Shown in pieces: positions 30,428-39,683 of a stretch of 64,000 bases of DNA (position 1 is the stretch's first letter; each line of letters opens with the position of its first letter). A program made the translations under genes and the position numbers. The notes beneath the pieces were generated by a model that did not search any database, had not been told where the DNA came from, and saw only the letters and a program-made list of their open reading frames with translations. The stretch is from Acidobacteriota bacterium. Its GTDB lineage: Bacteria > Acidobacteriota > UBA6911. The stretch lies in assembly GCA_963664705.1 (NCBI GenBank), contig OY761556.1, positions 5,664,001-5,728,000 of the forward strand, in the 5' to 3' direction.

Positions 30428-32002
30428 TCATTGCTTTTCGGGTGATTCAATGCCCCGATCGGCTTTCATCAGCTTCCATTGTGGGTACCCTTTCCGAACG
30501 GTAGCTTCTGTGATTTGTAAGCCACCAATGATACAGTCACGTTTCTTTTGCAAAAGAGTCCCGAGACGCGTGGCAGCTGAATGATCAGAACCATCGCCTA
30601 AACCGAAACCGTCCGCACATACAACAAGCTCCCCGGCCTTAACTGGGCAATCCCTGTATTTATCCCACCAACTCAGTAGGAATTTTGTCCAGAGAGCAGT
30701 TTCGGAGTCGGTTTGATCATAAAAGTTTTCACGATTTTCCAAAAATCCCGGGATTTCGGCGCACTCAAGTATGCCGCCAATAATATCGCTCCAGCTTTCG
30801 AAACTGCCGAGCCGATGCCCATTAAATTTAGGACGACCTCGAGCAACCCAGTTTTGGATTAGAGTGAGTACCGCCCATACGAGTTGTGGGCGATTTTCAG
30901 AGACCCAGCCACGCAGGTCGGGGTGCTTAAAGTCTTTTTCGGATCTCTCATAAGGACGCTCCATCTTGGCATCCATTCGAATCTGAATCGTCCTTCGTGA
31001 TAGCTCTTTTGAAAACTGTAGGTTATTCCCGGTTATAACGCATGCACATCTATTTGGAACTCTTTGTACATCGGAGCTGCCTACACGGCGGTCAACATAG
31101 TATTCGGAGGTTGTAATGGCAGAAAGAGCCGCAGAATCAAGCACACGACCAACATTATCAATGATCAGCATTTCCGGACTGCTTAAAAGCATTGAGAATA
31201 ATGTTCGGCGCATTTCGCTTTCATCGGGAGGAGCTGACATATTAGAAGGCCTTTCTCCAGAGATGACATAAGCCAACGTATCACAAAGCAGGCTTGCTCC
31301 GGTTCCTGGGGTTGGCTTATCAATCCCATATAAAGGAGTTGGCCCTGATATCATTTCTCGGGCAGGCTGTTGCAGGATAAGCGCGATGGCATTTGCAAGA
31401 TCGGAACGATTTGTAAACGGAAAATCGAAAAGCAATTCCTCAATTAATAGCCGACGTGCCTCCGTCACCTCCAATGCGGATGGATTTTGAGATACGGAAG
31501 GTAATACGAACCCTGGCATTTGATAATAGTAGATGTTTGCCGCCGGATTATATCCAGGACAAGTCTGTTGGATTCCATCAGCGGCAAAGATAGGGGATCT
31601 AGTAATCCTTTTGAGCGGCGGAAACTCGATCCATGGAAGGGACATAATATCCCTAATTACTTCCAATGGAGGGAAGGCAGGAATTTCATCATCCCCTTTG
31701 AAGGTATAATACTCGGCAGCGCGTGCCGCTTCCCCTCTCATTCCGTCAATCCCTAATTTTGATATCTGGGGGGCTCCTGTCTCGTCGTACCCAATACGGA
31801 CAATGGAGCTACCTCGAGAAAAAATTCGTACAGGCGAATTAGCCAGATGGAGGGCATCTAATGTCTCTCGGACTGCAGACGCTAAATCTTTGTTGCCGGC
31901 ATAAATTCTTGGCAGACCAAAGTTATCTGGATTAAGGGAAATACATTTCATCTTTGTCTCTAGTTGTTCCGACGTGGAACAAGGATGTTCGAGAGAATTC
32001 AT
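30428..32002 (-). CDS. Primase-associated P-loop helicase-like replication protein
   Basis: KPTPGTGASLL (Walker A variant), LIIDNV (Walker B), ITGNN, ELSRR, SFESWS. Confidence 0.7.
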   Translation of the reverse strand: MNSLEHPCSTSEQLETKMKCISLNPDNFGLPRIYAGNKDLASAVRETLDALHLANSPVRIFSRGSSIVRIGYDETGAPQISKLGIDGMRGEAARAAEYYTFKGDDEIPAFPPLEVIRDIMSLPWIEFPPLKRITRSPIFAADGIQQTCPGYNPAANIYYYQMPGFVLPSVSQNPSALEVTEARRLLIEELLFDFPFTNRSDLANAIALILQQPAREMISGPTPLYGIDKPTPGTGASLLCDTLAYVISGERPSNMSAPPDESEMRRTLFSMLLSSPEMLIIDNVGRVLDSAALSAITTSEYYVDRRVGSSDVQRVPNRCACVITGNNLQFSKELSRRTIQIRMDAKMERPYERSEKDFKHPDLRGWVSENRPQLVWAVLTLIQNWVARGRPKFNGHRLGSFESWSDIIGGILECAEIPGFLENRENFYDQTDSETALWTKFLLSWWDKYRDCPVKAGELVVCADGFGLGDGSDHSAATRLGTLLQKKRDCIIGGLQITEATVRKGYPQWKLMKADRGIESPEKQ

Positions 32003-32131
32003 TCAATACTCCACAGTTTGTTTTAGTGGTTAATGGATGGATGGGAGAGCTTCTGATGTCGCCGGTGCGTTTGCCGAGCTTTACTGTAGAATAACAACCT
32101 AAACCCAATTAGCTTGGATTTGTTGTCATTT

Positions 32132-32749
32132 TTACGTCGGGTCTACCGGCCTGGGGGCAACACCTATGATGTAGTAGATGTAAACGTCACAACCATAGAC
32201 GAGAAGATCCCTCAACAACGGGTATTCAGCGCTATTATTTTCAAATCTATTCTCCTCCGCCCAGTCTATAGGTATATCCAGAATTGGATTAAGTAACGAC
32301 ACAACGGCCGGCAGAATGCGCCACAATCCGGTCTCCTTGTCGCGCTCAAGAATTTTGGGCTTATCGGGCCCGGTAGCTAAGCGATACCGCCAAATTAGCG
32401 CAAGCAGCCAATCCGGGTAAAAAATCATTTCTCCGTCCAGCCCAATGAAGGTTGAATATTCCGTTTTCGGTGCAGGAAATGTTCGGAGATACTCTTTTAG
32501 GGCTGAGCGGTATTGGTCTTCTGATCGAAAATTATCTCTTTGGGGAATCCCGACGATATCAAGATTTTGGTGCAGAGCTTTTAATCCTGCCATTATCCGG
32601 CGTGCCTGGCAAATCCCTTCAATGTCATTTCTGCGCGCCCTAAAAAATGATTTTGTATCAATCGAATTTTCCGTTCTTCTGCTTTTAGTATGATTGTCTT
32701 TACGATCACTGCTACGGCTGTAAATATCGTTTGTCTGTTTATTTTTCAT
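32132..32749 (-). CDS. Hypothetical protein
   Basis: 205-aa ORF with GAGG RBS, co-oriented with the module. Confidence 0.55.
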   Translation of the reverse strand: MKNKQTNDIYSRSSDRKDNHTKSRRTENSIDTKSFFRARRNDIEGICQARRIMAGLKALHQNLDIVGIPQRDNFRSEDQYRSALKEYLRTFPAPKTEYSTFIGLDGEMIFYPDWLLALIWRYRLATGPDKPKILERDKETGLWRILPAVVSLLNPILDIPIDWAEENRFENNSAEYPLLRDLLVYGCDVYIYYIIGVAPRPVDPT

Positions 32750-32919
32750 ACGGAAAACCTCAGAATTGTGTTTGTGAAATTATCTCTCTGGACCATCCAG
32801 AGCAATGTGTCATGCTTTTGAAGCCTGGAAGTCGGAACAAGAGAAGCAGCCTCTTTGCCGATGATAGGGAATTGGCTATGTGGACTCGTATAGACCCGGG
32901 TATTCAGAATTCCTCTAGG

Positions 32920-33171
32920 TTAGCTTCTTTTTTGTCCCGGAGCATAGGTTGCCCTTGGGTCTCGACTGTTGCCATTCCACCAAAGCACGTTTCCACGATT
33001 CTTTCGAAATTCAAATTCCGCTTGTCTCTGAATTTGATTCTCTTCAGAAAAAAGTAGCTTTCCCTTTTCAATCCGGGCAATGCCACGGCGAACAAAATCA
33101 AGTGCTCGCTTGTTGGTTGTATATCTTTTCCCACCCTCAATCGGGTTCATAATTTCTATTATTCTGGACAT
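32920..33171 (-). CDS. Small hypothetical protein
   Basis: AGAGG RBS before MSRIIEIMNP. Confidence 0.55.
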   Translation of the reverse strand: MSRIIEIMNPIEGGKRYTTNKRALDFVRRGIARIEKGKLLFSEENQIQRQAEFEFRKNRGNVLWWNGNSRDPRATYAPGQKRS

Positions 33172-33378
33172 ACCTCTAACCTCCTGCTGAGCAAACTCGG
33201 CTTTGATCCGGTGCCGGGTGACCGTGCTAGGTTCAAACAAGCGCAGTATCCTCAGGGACAAAATTCGTGTACAGTTTCTTTATTTCTAAATTAGTGAAGA
33301 AAATTGAAAGTGCTTTTTATTGTGTGATTTACGAGTAGGAATAAGTTAAAAAGGGGAACTGGACATAATTGGACAGAA

Positions 33379-33888
33379 TTATTTGGTTCTCCTACGAGTA
33401 AGCTGTTTTCGTAGAGATTCGCGCACAGATTTCAGCTCTTCTGATTTTTCTGGATTGTCGAACAAGGCAAGCCAATCCTTACCGCCAACGCCGGGAATTT
33501 CTGCTTTATTTTCTCTTTCCAGTTGAGCAAAGACATTCCGCAATTTAGCTGAATCGCGAAGTTCGATGGGCTCCTTTATTCCCGCTGAGTGAAGGGTTTG
33601 AACAATCAAAGTGACATTCCCCTCTTTGGGTCGTCCGGCTTTGAGCATTTTCCTTGTCTTTTGTCGTGGTTTTCTGGTTTTTTCGTCGACCGTGCGCATA
33701 GGCAGAATCAGTGCTTTGAGGTTCCAAGCCGTTTCTACTATGGAATCCAGCTTATCTTTAAGTCTCGCACGTAGGTCTTGAGCACCGGGAACTTTTTTTA
33801 ACTCGTGTAGCCTTTTCCTAATATCTTCCTCTTCATCAGCGAGCTTGTTCAGTTCGTCCATGTAATTTGATGACAATGCCGTCTCCAT
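33379..33888 (-). CDS. Hypothetical basic/coiled-coil protein
   Basis: 169-aa ORF containing KAGRPK. Confidence 0.6.
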   Translation of the reverse strand: METALSSNYMDELNKLADEEEDIRKRLHELKKVPGAQDLRARLKDKLDSIVETAWNLKALILPMRTVDEKTRKPRQKTRKMLKAGRPKEGNVTLIVQTLHSAGIKEPIELRDSAKLRNVFAQLERENKAEIPGVGGKDWLALFDNPEKSEELKSVRESLRKQLTRRRTK

Positions 33889-34058
33889 AATTTAGTTTCT
33901 ACGAATATAACGGCGATCATAAACCTTCGTTGTATCTGTCTCAACGAGATTCAAGTTTACATGGAATTGAGTGTTCTCCCAGAGGTCTGAAAATATCGGC
34001 AATGCTCCTAGTCAAATTCTGCTAAATACGTGCTTTTATAATTGTAAAAAGTTTGAGT

Positions 34059-34087
34059 TTGACTGCTGGTCAAGGAAATTGGATAAT
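34059..34087 (+). promoter_or_regulatory. Sigma70-type promoter
   Basis: TTGACT-17 nt-GATAAT; predicted start site coincides with the riboswitch P1 5' strand. Confidence 0.65.
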
Positions 34088-34091
34088 AAAA

Positions 34092-34198
34092 GTGCATCAG
34101 GAGTGGTCCCGAGGGACCCGGCAACCGGCAAGGAGACGCACGGTGCCTTGAACCCCATACGGGTTCGATGCGCGGATATAAGGCCGAAACGAGTCTCC
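34092..34198 (+). ncRNA. SAM-I/IV-type riboswitch aptamer
   Basis: P1 GTGCATC(34092)/GATGCGC(34167); ATCAGGAG junction; short P2 GGTCC-CGAG-GGACC; P3 GGCAACC...GGTGCC; P4 GAACCC/GGGTTC; pseudoknot GGAGAC(34132)/GTCTCC(34193). Confidence 0.82.
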
Positions 34199-34205
34199 GA
34201 AATAC

Positions 34206-34239
34206 GCCGCCGCAATCTGATGGGCGGCATTTTTGTTTT
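34206..34239 (+). terminator. Intrinsic terminator, riboswitch expression platform
   Basis: GCCGCC...GGCGGC followed by ATTTTTGTTTT directly after the aptamer. Confidence 0.75.
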
Positions 34240-34300
34240 ACCTCACCGGCGGCTGTTCCTCCTGATGCCGAATTGTTCATTTTCATGCGGGAGAATAGAT

Positions 34301-34705
34301 ATGTGTGCCGATGGTCAACCCAAACGGAAACGCAAGACCAGGGAAAATCAGGAACCCAGCGAAACCAGCATTGAATATATCCAGCAGGTCCTGCTGCGCC
34401 GGAAAGAGCTGATGGACATATACGGATTTGGGAGTTTAAAGAGGGCCGAAAGGAAACTATTGGAGCAATTACTCCGTGCTCCAAAAATGGATGAGTTAGA
34501 AAAATATCTCCAGGTTGAGGCGGAAATAAAGAAGTTATCTGATCAAATTGCTTTTTGTGACGATCAGTGTGCAGTTTTACCAAAGAGCATTGATTTTTTG
34601 GTAGTGAACATATCGATGCAGGATGGGCATCACCCGTCGTCACGGTGTCCTTGCGGCCCCGATATCCTACTGTATGTGAACGGAGAAGTTGTGGTTCACA
34701 AATAG
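34301..34705 (+). CDS. Hypothetical protein with C-terminal His/Cys motif (HHPSSRCPCGP..VVH)
   Basis: GGGAG RBS before ATG 34301; the longer GTG start at 33971 would run through the riboswitch. Confidence 0.55.
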   Translation: MCADGQPKRKRKTRENQEPSETSIEYIQQVLLRRKELMDIYGFGSLKRAERKLLEQLLRAPKMDELEKYLQVEAEIKKLSDQIAFCDDQCAVLPKSIDFLVVNISMQDGHHPSSRCPCGPDILLYVNGEVVVHK

Positions 34706-34734
34706 CACTGTATGTCCTCATTGGAGTGTTGGTG

Positions 34735-34980
34735 ATGGTCGTAATCGTTAAGAACGGTAAGATCGAAACAATCGATGTCGAGCTTGAAAATTACGATAGC
34801 ATCGATTTGTTCTGGTTGTTGTCAGACAAAGCCAGAAGTTGGATAAAGGGCAATGTGCATGTCGAGGACTGGCAAAGGTTCGGGAATGCGCTGGCAGTGG
34901 AGCACAGAATGGCCGGTGATCTTACTCAGGGGATGCTGAATAGCGGACTGATTGTGAAAACCTCAGAACCGGGGACGTGA
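34735..34980 (+). CDS. Small phage-like hypothetical protein
   Basis: GGAG RBS; ENYDSIDL..ARSWI..WQRFGNALAVEHR. Confidence 0.6.
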   Translation: MVVIVKNGKIETIDVELENYDSIDLFWLLSDKARSWIKGNVHVEDWQRFGNALAVEHRMAGDLTQGMLNSGLIVKTSEPGT

Positions 34981-35024
34981 TCGTGATGTAACACCCCATA
35001 AAGTCGCCACGCACTGCTCCCTGC

Positions 35025-35240
35025 TCACACACGCGACATCAGTTGTGAAATGGTCATATCGAATGCAATAGCGAGGACTTCCAGATTGCGGAGGCAGATT
35101 TCTTTTTTCCCGTTTTCCAGATCAGAGATGAAGCTGCGGTCAATGCCAACGTGCTCGGCCATGTAGACCTGGGTCCAGCCACGGCTTTTCCGTAGTTGGC
35201 GTAGCCGTTTTCCAAATCTGATACAAATATCGTTCGACAC
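35025..35240 (-). CDS. XRE-family (controller-protein-like) HTH regulator
   Basis: FGKRLRQLRKSRGWTQ..GIDRSFISDLENGKK; imperfect palindrome TAGTCGAT-AA-ATCGGCTA at 35266-35283 upstream. Confidence 0.88.
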   Translation of the reverse strand: MSNDICIRFGKRLRQLRKSRGWTQVYMAEHVGIDRSFISDLENGKKEICLRNLEVLAIAFDMTISQLMSRV

Positions 35241-35328
35241 GCTACATATAATGCTTTGTAGGCTTTAGTCGATAAATCGGCTATAGACGACAATGATGAA
35301 ACAGGATACTTGTTTGCCGGGAGGTTCT

Positions 35329-35826
35329 ATGTCGGCCAATTGGATTTGTGGATTTCGCAGAATCGGACTTGTCATTTCATTTCCAATAACGGCACTGATT
35401 GTTTTAACTTGGTACGATCAAATCACGGAATACTCTCCATCCAATTACCAACCTGAGCTAATGGATGACCGCGAAATAAAAGAGACGTCGATCAATACAC
35501 AAATTATTGGAATGGGAAATGATCGTGCATATTTCAATCAAGACGTGCCCAAGAATGTAGCCCAGAAAGTTGCAGGAGATTTTTTGGCAAAACATACCAG
35601 CAAGGACAAGAATGATCTTCTTATGCAAAAGTTTGACAAGGCGGGTCTTCATCCGCCGCCCCTGCCCGGAGAACCAATCAACCTTAACTGGGTATTTACT
35701 ATTGGCAAGAGGGTCAATTATCTTAAATTCGCAGTGCTGATTCTCGGGTCTTTAGGTTGCGTAACATTGACAATCCAAGGCTGCATTTCAGTGGCTGCAT
35801 GGGCCATTGAGGGTTTTAGAAGATAG
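35329..35826 (+). CDS. Hypothetical two-TM membrane protein
   Basis: GGAGG RBS; GFRRIGLVI N-terminal TM and AWAIEGF C-terminal TM. Confidence 0.65.
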   Translation: MSANWICGFRRIGLVISFPITALIVLTWYDQITEYSPSNYQPELMDDREIKETSINTQIIGMGNDRAYFNQDVPKNVAQKVAGDFLAKHTSKDKNDLLMQKFDKAGLHPPPLPGEPINLNWVFTIGKRVNYLKFAVLILGSLGCVTLTIQGCISVAAWAIEGFRR

Positions 35827-35887
35827 ACCAACGTGCACCTGGACCATACACCGTTTTACCGAATACTTTTGATATTTCAAGCTGAGA

Positions 35888-38482
35888 TCATGTTCCTCCA
35901 GACGTTGCGGTGGAAACGGTAACCACTTCCGAAATGCTTTCGGTCTGACCGGTCATCAGATTTAAACGGATCTGGCGACTCACGCCGTTTATGGGTTCTA
36001 TGCACTTTGCCGCTACCATCCAAGACATGCCGTTTGCTCGATCTCTTTGTGGTTCCAGCTCAATCATTAACCCGCGTGGCGTAAATCGTGTTCCTATCAC
36101 TGTCACCTCGTTATAGCCGTCTTCGCTCCGGTACATTGCCTTTTCTCCCGGCGCGATTGTCACGACCCAATCTCCTTCCCCGGAAATTACAGCGCTTCCC
36201 GACGGCTCAGCTACAGCCAAACTTAAAATGTTTCTCTTTAAAAGCATGAGATTACGATCAAATGCAGTATTTTGGTATTCCAGCTGTAAGTCGCATGCTT
36301 TATCAATGACCTCCACAAATCTGGATGCAAGCTGTTGAGTTAATCTCAGACTGCCATTAGTTGAATCATAGACGCAGATTCCTTTGCATTGCTGTAGTCC
36401 GATTGGATTCTGTCGAGAATGAAATACTCCAACGCCTAGTTCACGTTCCTGAACACCGCACAGAATGCAAAATGCTTCACGCAGTGCAGAAGCCATCGGT
36501 TCTGAGACTAATGTGGGTTCGGGGAAATACCAACACACTCCAGTGGTGAGAAAAAACCTCGTAATAGGCGCACGACAAAAGTCGGAATTAGGCCCATATT
36601 CGTATCTCGTCTTGTTTCTACCTCTCATTTCATCGAATCCAAGTACTCGCTCACTCACTTGCAGTTCAGCTTCCGCCAGAAAGCCTTTGTCCGACTTTGC
36701 CAGACATAGTATTCCTCCAGGGAATTTGGGAAATACCATCGATTGGGCCAGCGGTTTGGTAGTCCAGTATTTTGAGCGGACCACTTTTATCTCACCGGTT
36801 CGGTAATTGAATCGTTTAACCCTCAGCGGACGAGCCATGTAGTAATAGATCGCGCCCGGGTACGCTTCTCGAAGCGCCTGCGGAAATGAAAGATTACCAA
36901 AAGGCCTACCTGGATAGTCAGTGACCTTAAACTCCTGTTCCATTTGACTGCGGATTGGAAACTCGTGATGCGGACTTCCCGCTGCAGCTCTTTGCTTCAA
37001 TGGGTATAAATCAGATGGCACATCTTCAGTTGGGTCAAGTTCATTCAGAAGTAGACGGACAAAATCTGCGGGCAAGTTATCGAAAACTCCAGGCAAAGGG
37101 GAACTTCTCCCAATCGAACCGTGTTCTCGTGCTGCGCATAGCGCGTTCGCGTACTGAATGTAACGATTATCAAGGTACAACCAGCTGGGCTCCATTTTAC
37201 GCCTGCAGTATTCATTCAGAGAGGTTATTGCCCCCTGATCATCCAGGATCAAGCAGACGGCGGGATGCGTTCGACCAGCTCTTCCTAATCGTTGATAAAA
37301 TGACTTAACGGATGGAGGTGTGCTCATTAGGACAACGATCCGGATTTCACCAATATCCAAACCAAGCTCCAGAGCACTTGTGGAAACAACGCCCGAGAGG
37401 CCACCGTGCGATAAGGAATTCTGAATTTCTTTCCTGTCTTCAACCTCGTACCCTGCCCTGTACGGAAGAATTCGGGACATGATTTCTGGTGGACCCAAAT
37501 CGGTAATTTCCTCTTCCTTATCATCACCGTCTTCTTCTTCACCTATTTCCGGATCGATTCCGGAGTCATCCCGCTTTCGAAGAGCGGCAGCAACCATTCG
37601 CTCCACCATCCTGCGAGAGTCTCCAAAAGCCAAAAATCTGCCTTCGCCCAGTTCCGCCAGCTGAACCAGAAGCTGGACGGTCTTATCGAAGGTGTCGCCG
37701 CCAACACTCCTGCACAACAAAAGCGTTTTCTCCGGACGAGCACTCGTATCATCAGATTCATCGAAAACGCGCATTGTACGTCCAGTCAGTATGTTCATCA
37801 GGTTTTTCGGCTCACCTATTGTTGCTGTGCTACAGATGAACTGAGTCCTGTTTGTCATAGACTGAAAACGACGGATGAAATAGGCCATATTGGTTCCAAA
37901 TACTCCGTCATAAACATGGGCTTCGTCCAGGATCACCAATCGGATTGAATCCAGAAACCGCTTAACTGGCCCTTCGGATACACTGCTCATCATCCATGCA
38001 TGGGCGACATCTGGTGTCATTAGGAGCACACGAGCCTTGGATATAATCTGGTTTCGACTAAGGACCGGTACTCCTCCATCGATGAATCTATGCTGAATTC
38101 CAAAGGGCTTTAGAATCTCTTCCCATTTTTCGAGTTGGTCCTGAATCAATGCCTTTACAGGGTAGAGGGCAATTACGGTGGAACCAGGATCTGCCAGCAA
38201 TTTATTTAGAGCCGCCACCATGAAAACAAGGCTTTTGCCAGATGCCGTAGAAGTCGCCAGGCAAACATCCTCGCCTGCGAGAGCACTAGATATGGCTTGA
38301 CTCTGATGTGCATACAAGCCCTTTGGATATCTTGCCTGAACCAAGTTTTTCAAACGTGAGTCCAGACCTGAAGGAATCGGCTCATAACTTGCCTCTCGGT
38401 GCGGTATTGAACTTCGTTCAGCAATGGAAAATCCGCTTTCCTCCGCCAAGCCAGCTAACAGTTCCGACGTAATCTCTGGCAT
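35888..38482 (-). CDS. SF2 DEAD/DEAH helicase, SftH/MrfA/Hrq1-like
   Basis: LYAHQ, TASGKS, LDEAHVY, STATI, YRAGY, TSALELGLDIG, QRLGRAGR, EAYPGAIY. Confidence 0.9.
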   Translation of the reverse strand: MPEITSELLAGLAEESGFSIAERSSIPHREASYEPIPSGLDSRLKNLVQARYPKGLYAHQSQAISSALAGEDVCLATSTASGKSLVFMVAALNKLLADPGSTVIALYPVKALIQDQLEKWEEILKPFGIQHRFIDGGVPVLSRNQIISKARVLLMTPDVAHAWMMSSVSEGPVKRFLDSIRLVILDEAHVYDGVFGTNMAYFIRRFQSMTNRTQFICSTATIGEPKNLMNILTGRTMRVFDESDDTSARPEKTLLLCRSVGGDTFDKTVQLLVQLAELGEGRFLAFGDSRRMVERMVAAALRKRDDSGIDPEIGEEEDGDDKEEEITDLGPPEIMSRILPYRAGYEVEDRKEIQNSLSHGGLSGVVSTSALELGLDIGEIRIVVLMSTPPSVKSFYQRLGRAGRTHPAVCLILDDQGAITSLNEYCRRKMEPSWLYLDNRYIQYANALCAAREHGSIGRSSPLPGVFDNLPADFVRLLLNELDPTEDVPSDLYPLKQRAAAGSPHHEFPIRSQMEQEFKVTDYPGRPFGNLSFPQALREAYPGAIYYYMARPLRVKRFNYRTGEIKVVRSKYWTTKPLAQSMVFPKFPGGILCLAKSDKGFLAEAELQVSERVLGFDEMRGRNKTRYEYGPNSDFCRAPITRFFLTTGVCWYFPEPTLVSEPMASALREAFCILCGVQERELGVGVFHSRQNPIGLQQCKGICVYDSTNGSLRLTQQLASRFVEVIDKACDLQLEYQNTAFDRNLMLLKRNILSLAVAEPSGSAVISGEGDWVVTIAPGEKAMYRSEDGYNEVTVIGTRFTPRGLMIELEPQRDRANGMSWMVAAKCIEPINGVSRQIRLNLMTGQTESISEVVTVSTATSGGT

Positions 38483-38724
38483 ACGCCAAATCCTCGTTAA
38501 ATGGAAGCCATACCCGACATATCTCGGAGCAGTAGAAATAAATAAGAGAATTCTAACCTATAGCCTAATAGGATCAACAACTTTGTCTTTCGGAAATTGA
38601 TTTGCGCGTCGGGTGCAATTTAAGGCGCTTGATTATTTCCGGGGTGTCCAGCTATGAATTCCAAAGCGGTACAACCGTTTCACGTTTCCCGATCATCGAG
38701 GTACTCTTTATAGAGGTCGATTGT

Positions 38725-38928
38725 TTGAATGCCAGCATAAAATTGTATCGTTCACGAAAGCATCGAATCATAGCGGGTGTGTGTGGCGGCATTGCAGAGA
38801 AGTACAATATGTCACCCACAACGGTACGGCTATTAGCACTCCTCTCGTGCCTACTGCCGGGGCCGCAGTTTGTGATCTACATTGTGTTATGGATTGTGAT
38901 TCCTAATGCCCCTGAATACTCCGCCTGA
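38725..38928 (+). CDS. PspC-domain protein
   Basis: LYRSRKHRIIAGVCGGIAE..YIVLWIVIP; start uncertain. Confidence 0.85.
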   Translation: MNASIKLYRSRKHRIIAGVCGGIAEKYNMSPTTVRLLALLSCLLPGPQFVIYIVLWIVIPNAPEYSA

Positions 38929-38945
38929 TACGGATTTAAACTTCC

Positions 38946-39656
38946 ATGCCGGACCACCCTGATTTTGCCCAAGAGTTGCTGCATATCAGCAGGCAAGAAT
39001 TGATAGAAATTCAAGAGCAGCTGGGCAATGCCCATCCTACTCCCTGGCAATTAGAAGATGGAATGAACTCTGTTGCCGGGTGCTTTATTTGTTTTCCAAA
39101 AGGACATGAAGGAAAGGGATCAACCGGTGATCTCTGCTGGGCTGCCGTGGCGATGATAAAGAATGGCCTGCTTACAGCAGTTGAAGTTATCAGGGGAGCT
39201 GTTTCTGCCCCATATGAGCCCGGCTTACTCGCATTACGTGAAGGCCCTTTCCTTAAGAGAGTCGTGCAACTCCTTCCAGAAATGCCCGATGTTCTTCTGG
39301 TAAATGCAACGGGGCGCGACCATCCACGCAGAGCTGGGTTAACGGTGCACCTTGGCGCGGCGTTATCGATACCAACAGTCGGCATCACCCGAAATCCGTT
39401 AATTGCTGAGGGAGCCTTGCCTTCAGATGAGCGTGGGGCAAACTCCCCTCTGCGAATCGGTGATCAGACCGTTGGCTGCTGGTTGCGAACGAAACGCGGC
39501 GTGCCGCCACTCGCAATTCATGCCGGGTGGCGTACAACGCCTGAAACCGCCACGATGGTTGTAATGGCGGTTACTGGTCGCTGGCGAACCCCTGAACCGC
39601 TGAGGCAAGCACGAAGTGCTGCCCGCCTCGCACGCACAATGGAACCAGATTCTTAG
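38946..39656 (+). CDS. Endonuclease V-like protein with divergent active site
   Basis: PYEPGLLALREGP, PDVLLVNATGRDHPRRAGL, HLG..PTVG, RTPEPLRQA. Confidence 0.8.
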   Translation: MPDHPDFAQELLHISRQELIEIQEQLGNAHPTPWQLEDGMNSVAGCFICFPKGHEGKGSTGDLCWAAVAMIKNGLLTAVEVIRGAVSAPYEPGLLALREGPFLKRVVQLLPEMPDVLLVNATGRDHPRRAGLTVHLGAALSIPTVGITRNPLIAEGALPSDERGANSPLRIGDQTVGCWLRTKRGVPPLAIHAGWRTTPETATMVVMAVTGRWRTPEPLRQARSAARLARTMEPDS

Positions 39657-39683
39657 AATAGGTAATGCTCCCTGTTTACGCCT

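Larger units (their letters stand above)
27251..35240. mobile_element. Phage-satellite (PICI-like) core module; the element probably extends left to the att at 22834
   Basis: Co-oriented integrase, RHH, Xis-like HTH, TerS-like gene, iterons and helicase-like gene, plus XRE regulator; no capsid or tail genes; right att not found. Confidence 0.65.

Noticed and set aside
33971-34300. N-terminal extension of ORF 33971-34705 and antisense ORF 34008-34721
   Set aside because: They overlap the promoter, riboswitch and terminator; a better RBS and ATG exist at 34301, and the translations look non-protein-like
35888-38482. DISARM or Druantia system
   Set aside because: No partner helicase, DUF1998-only gene, PLD nuclease or cognate methylase adjacent
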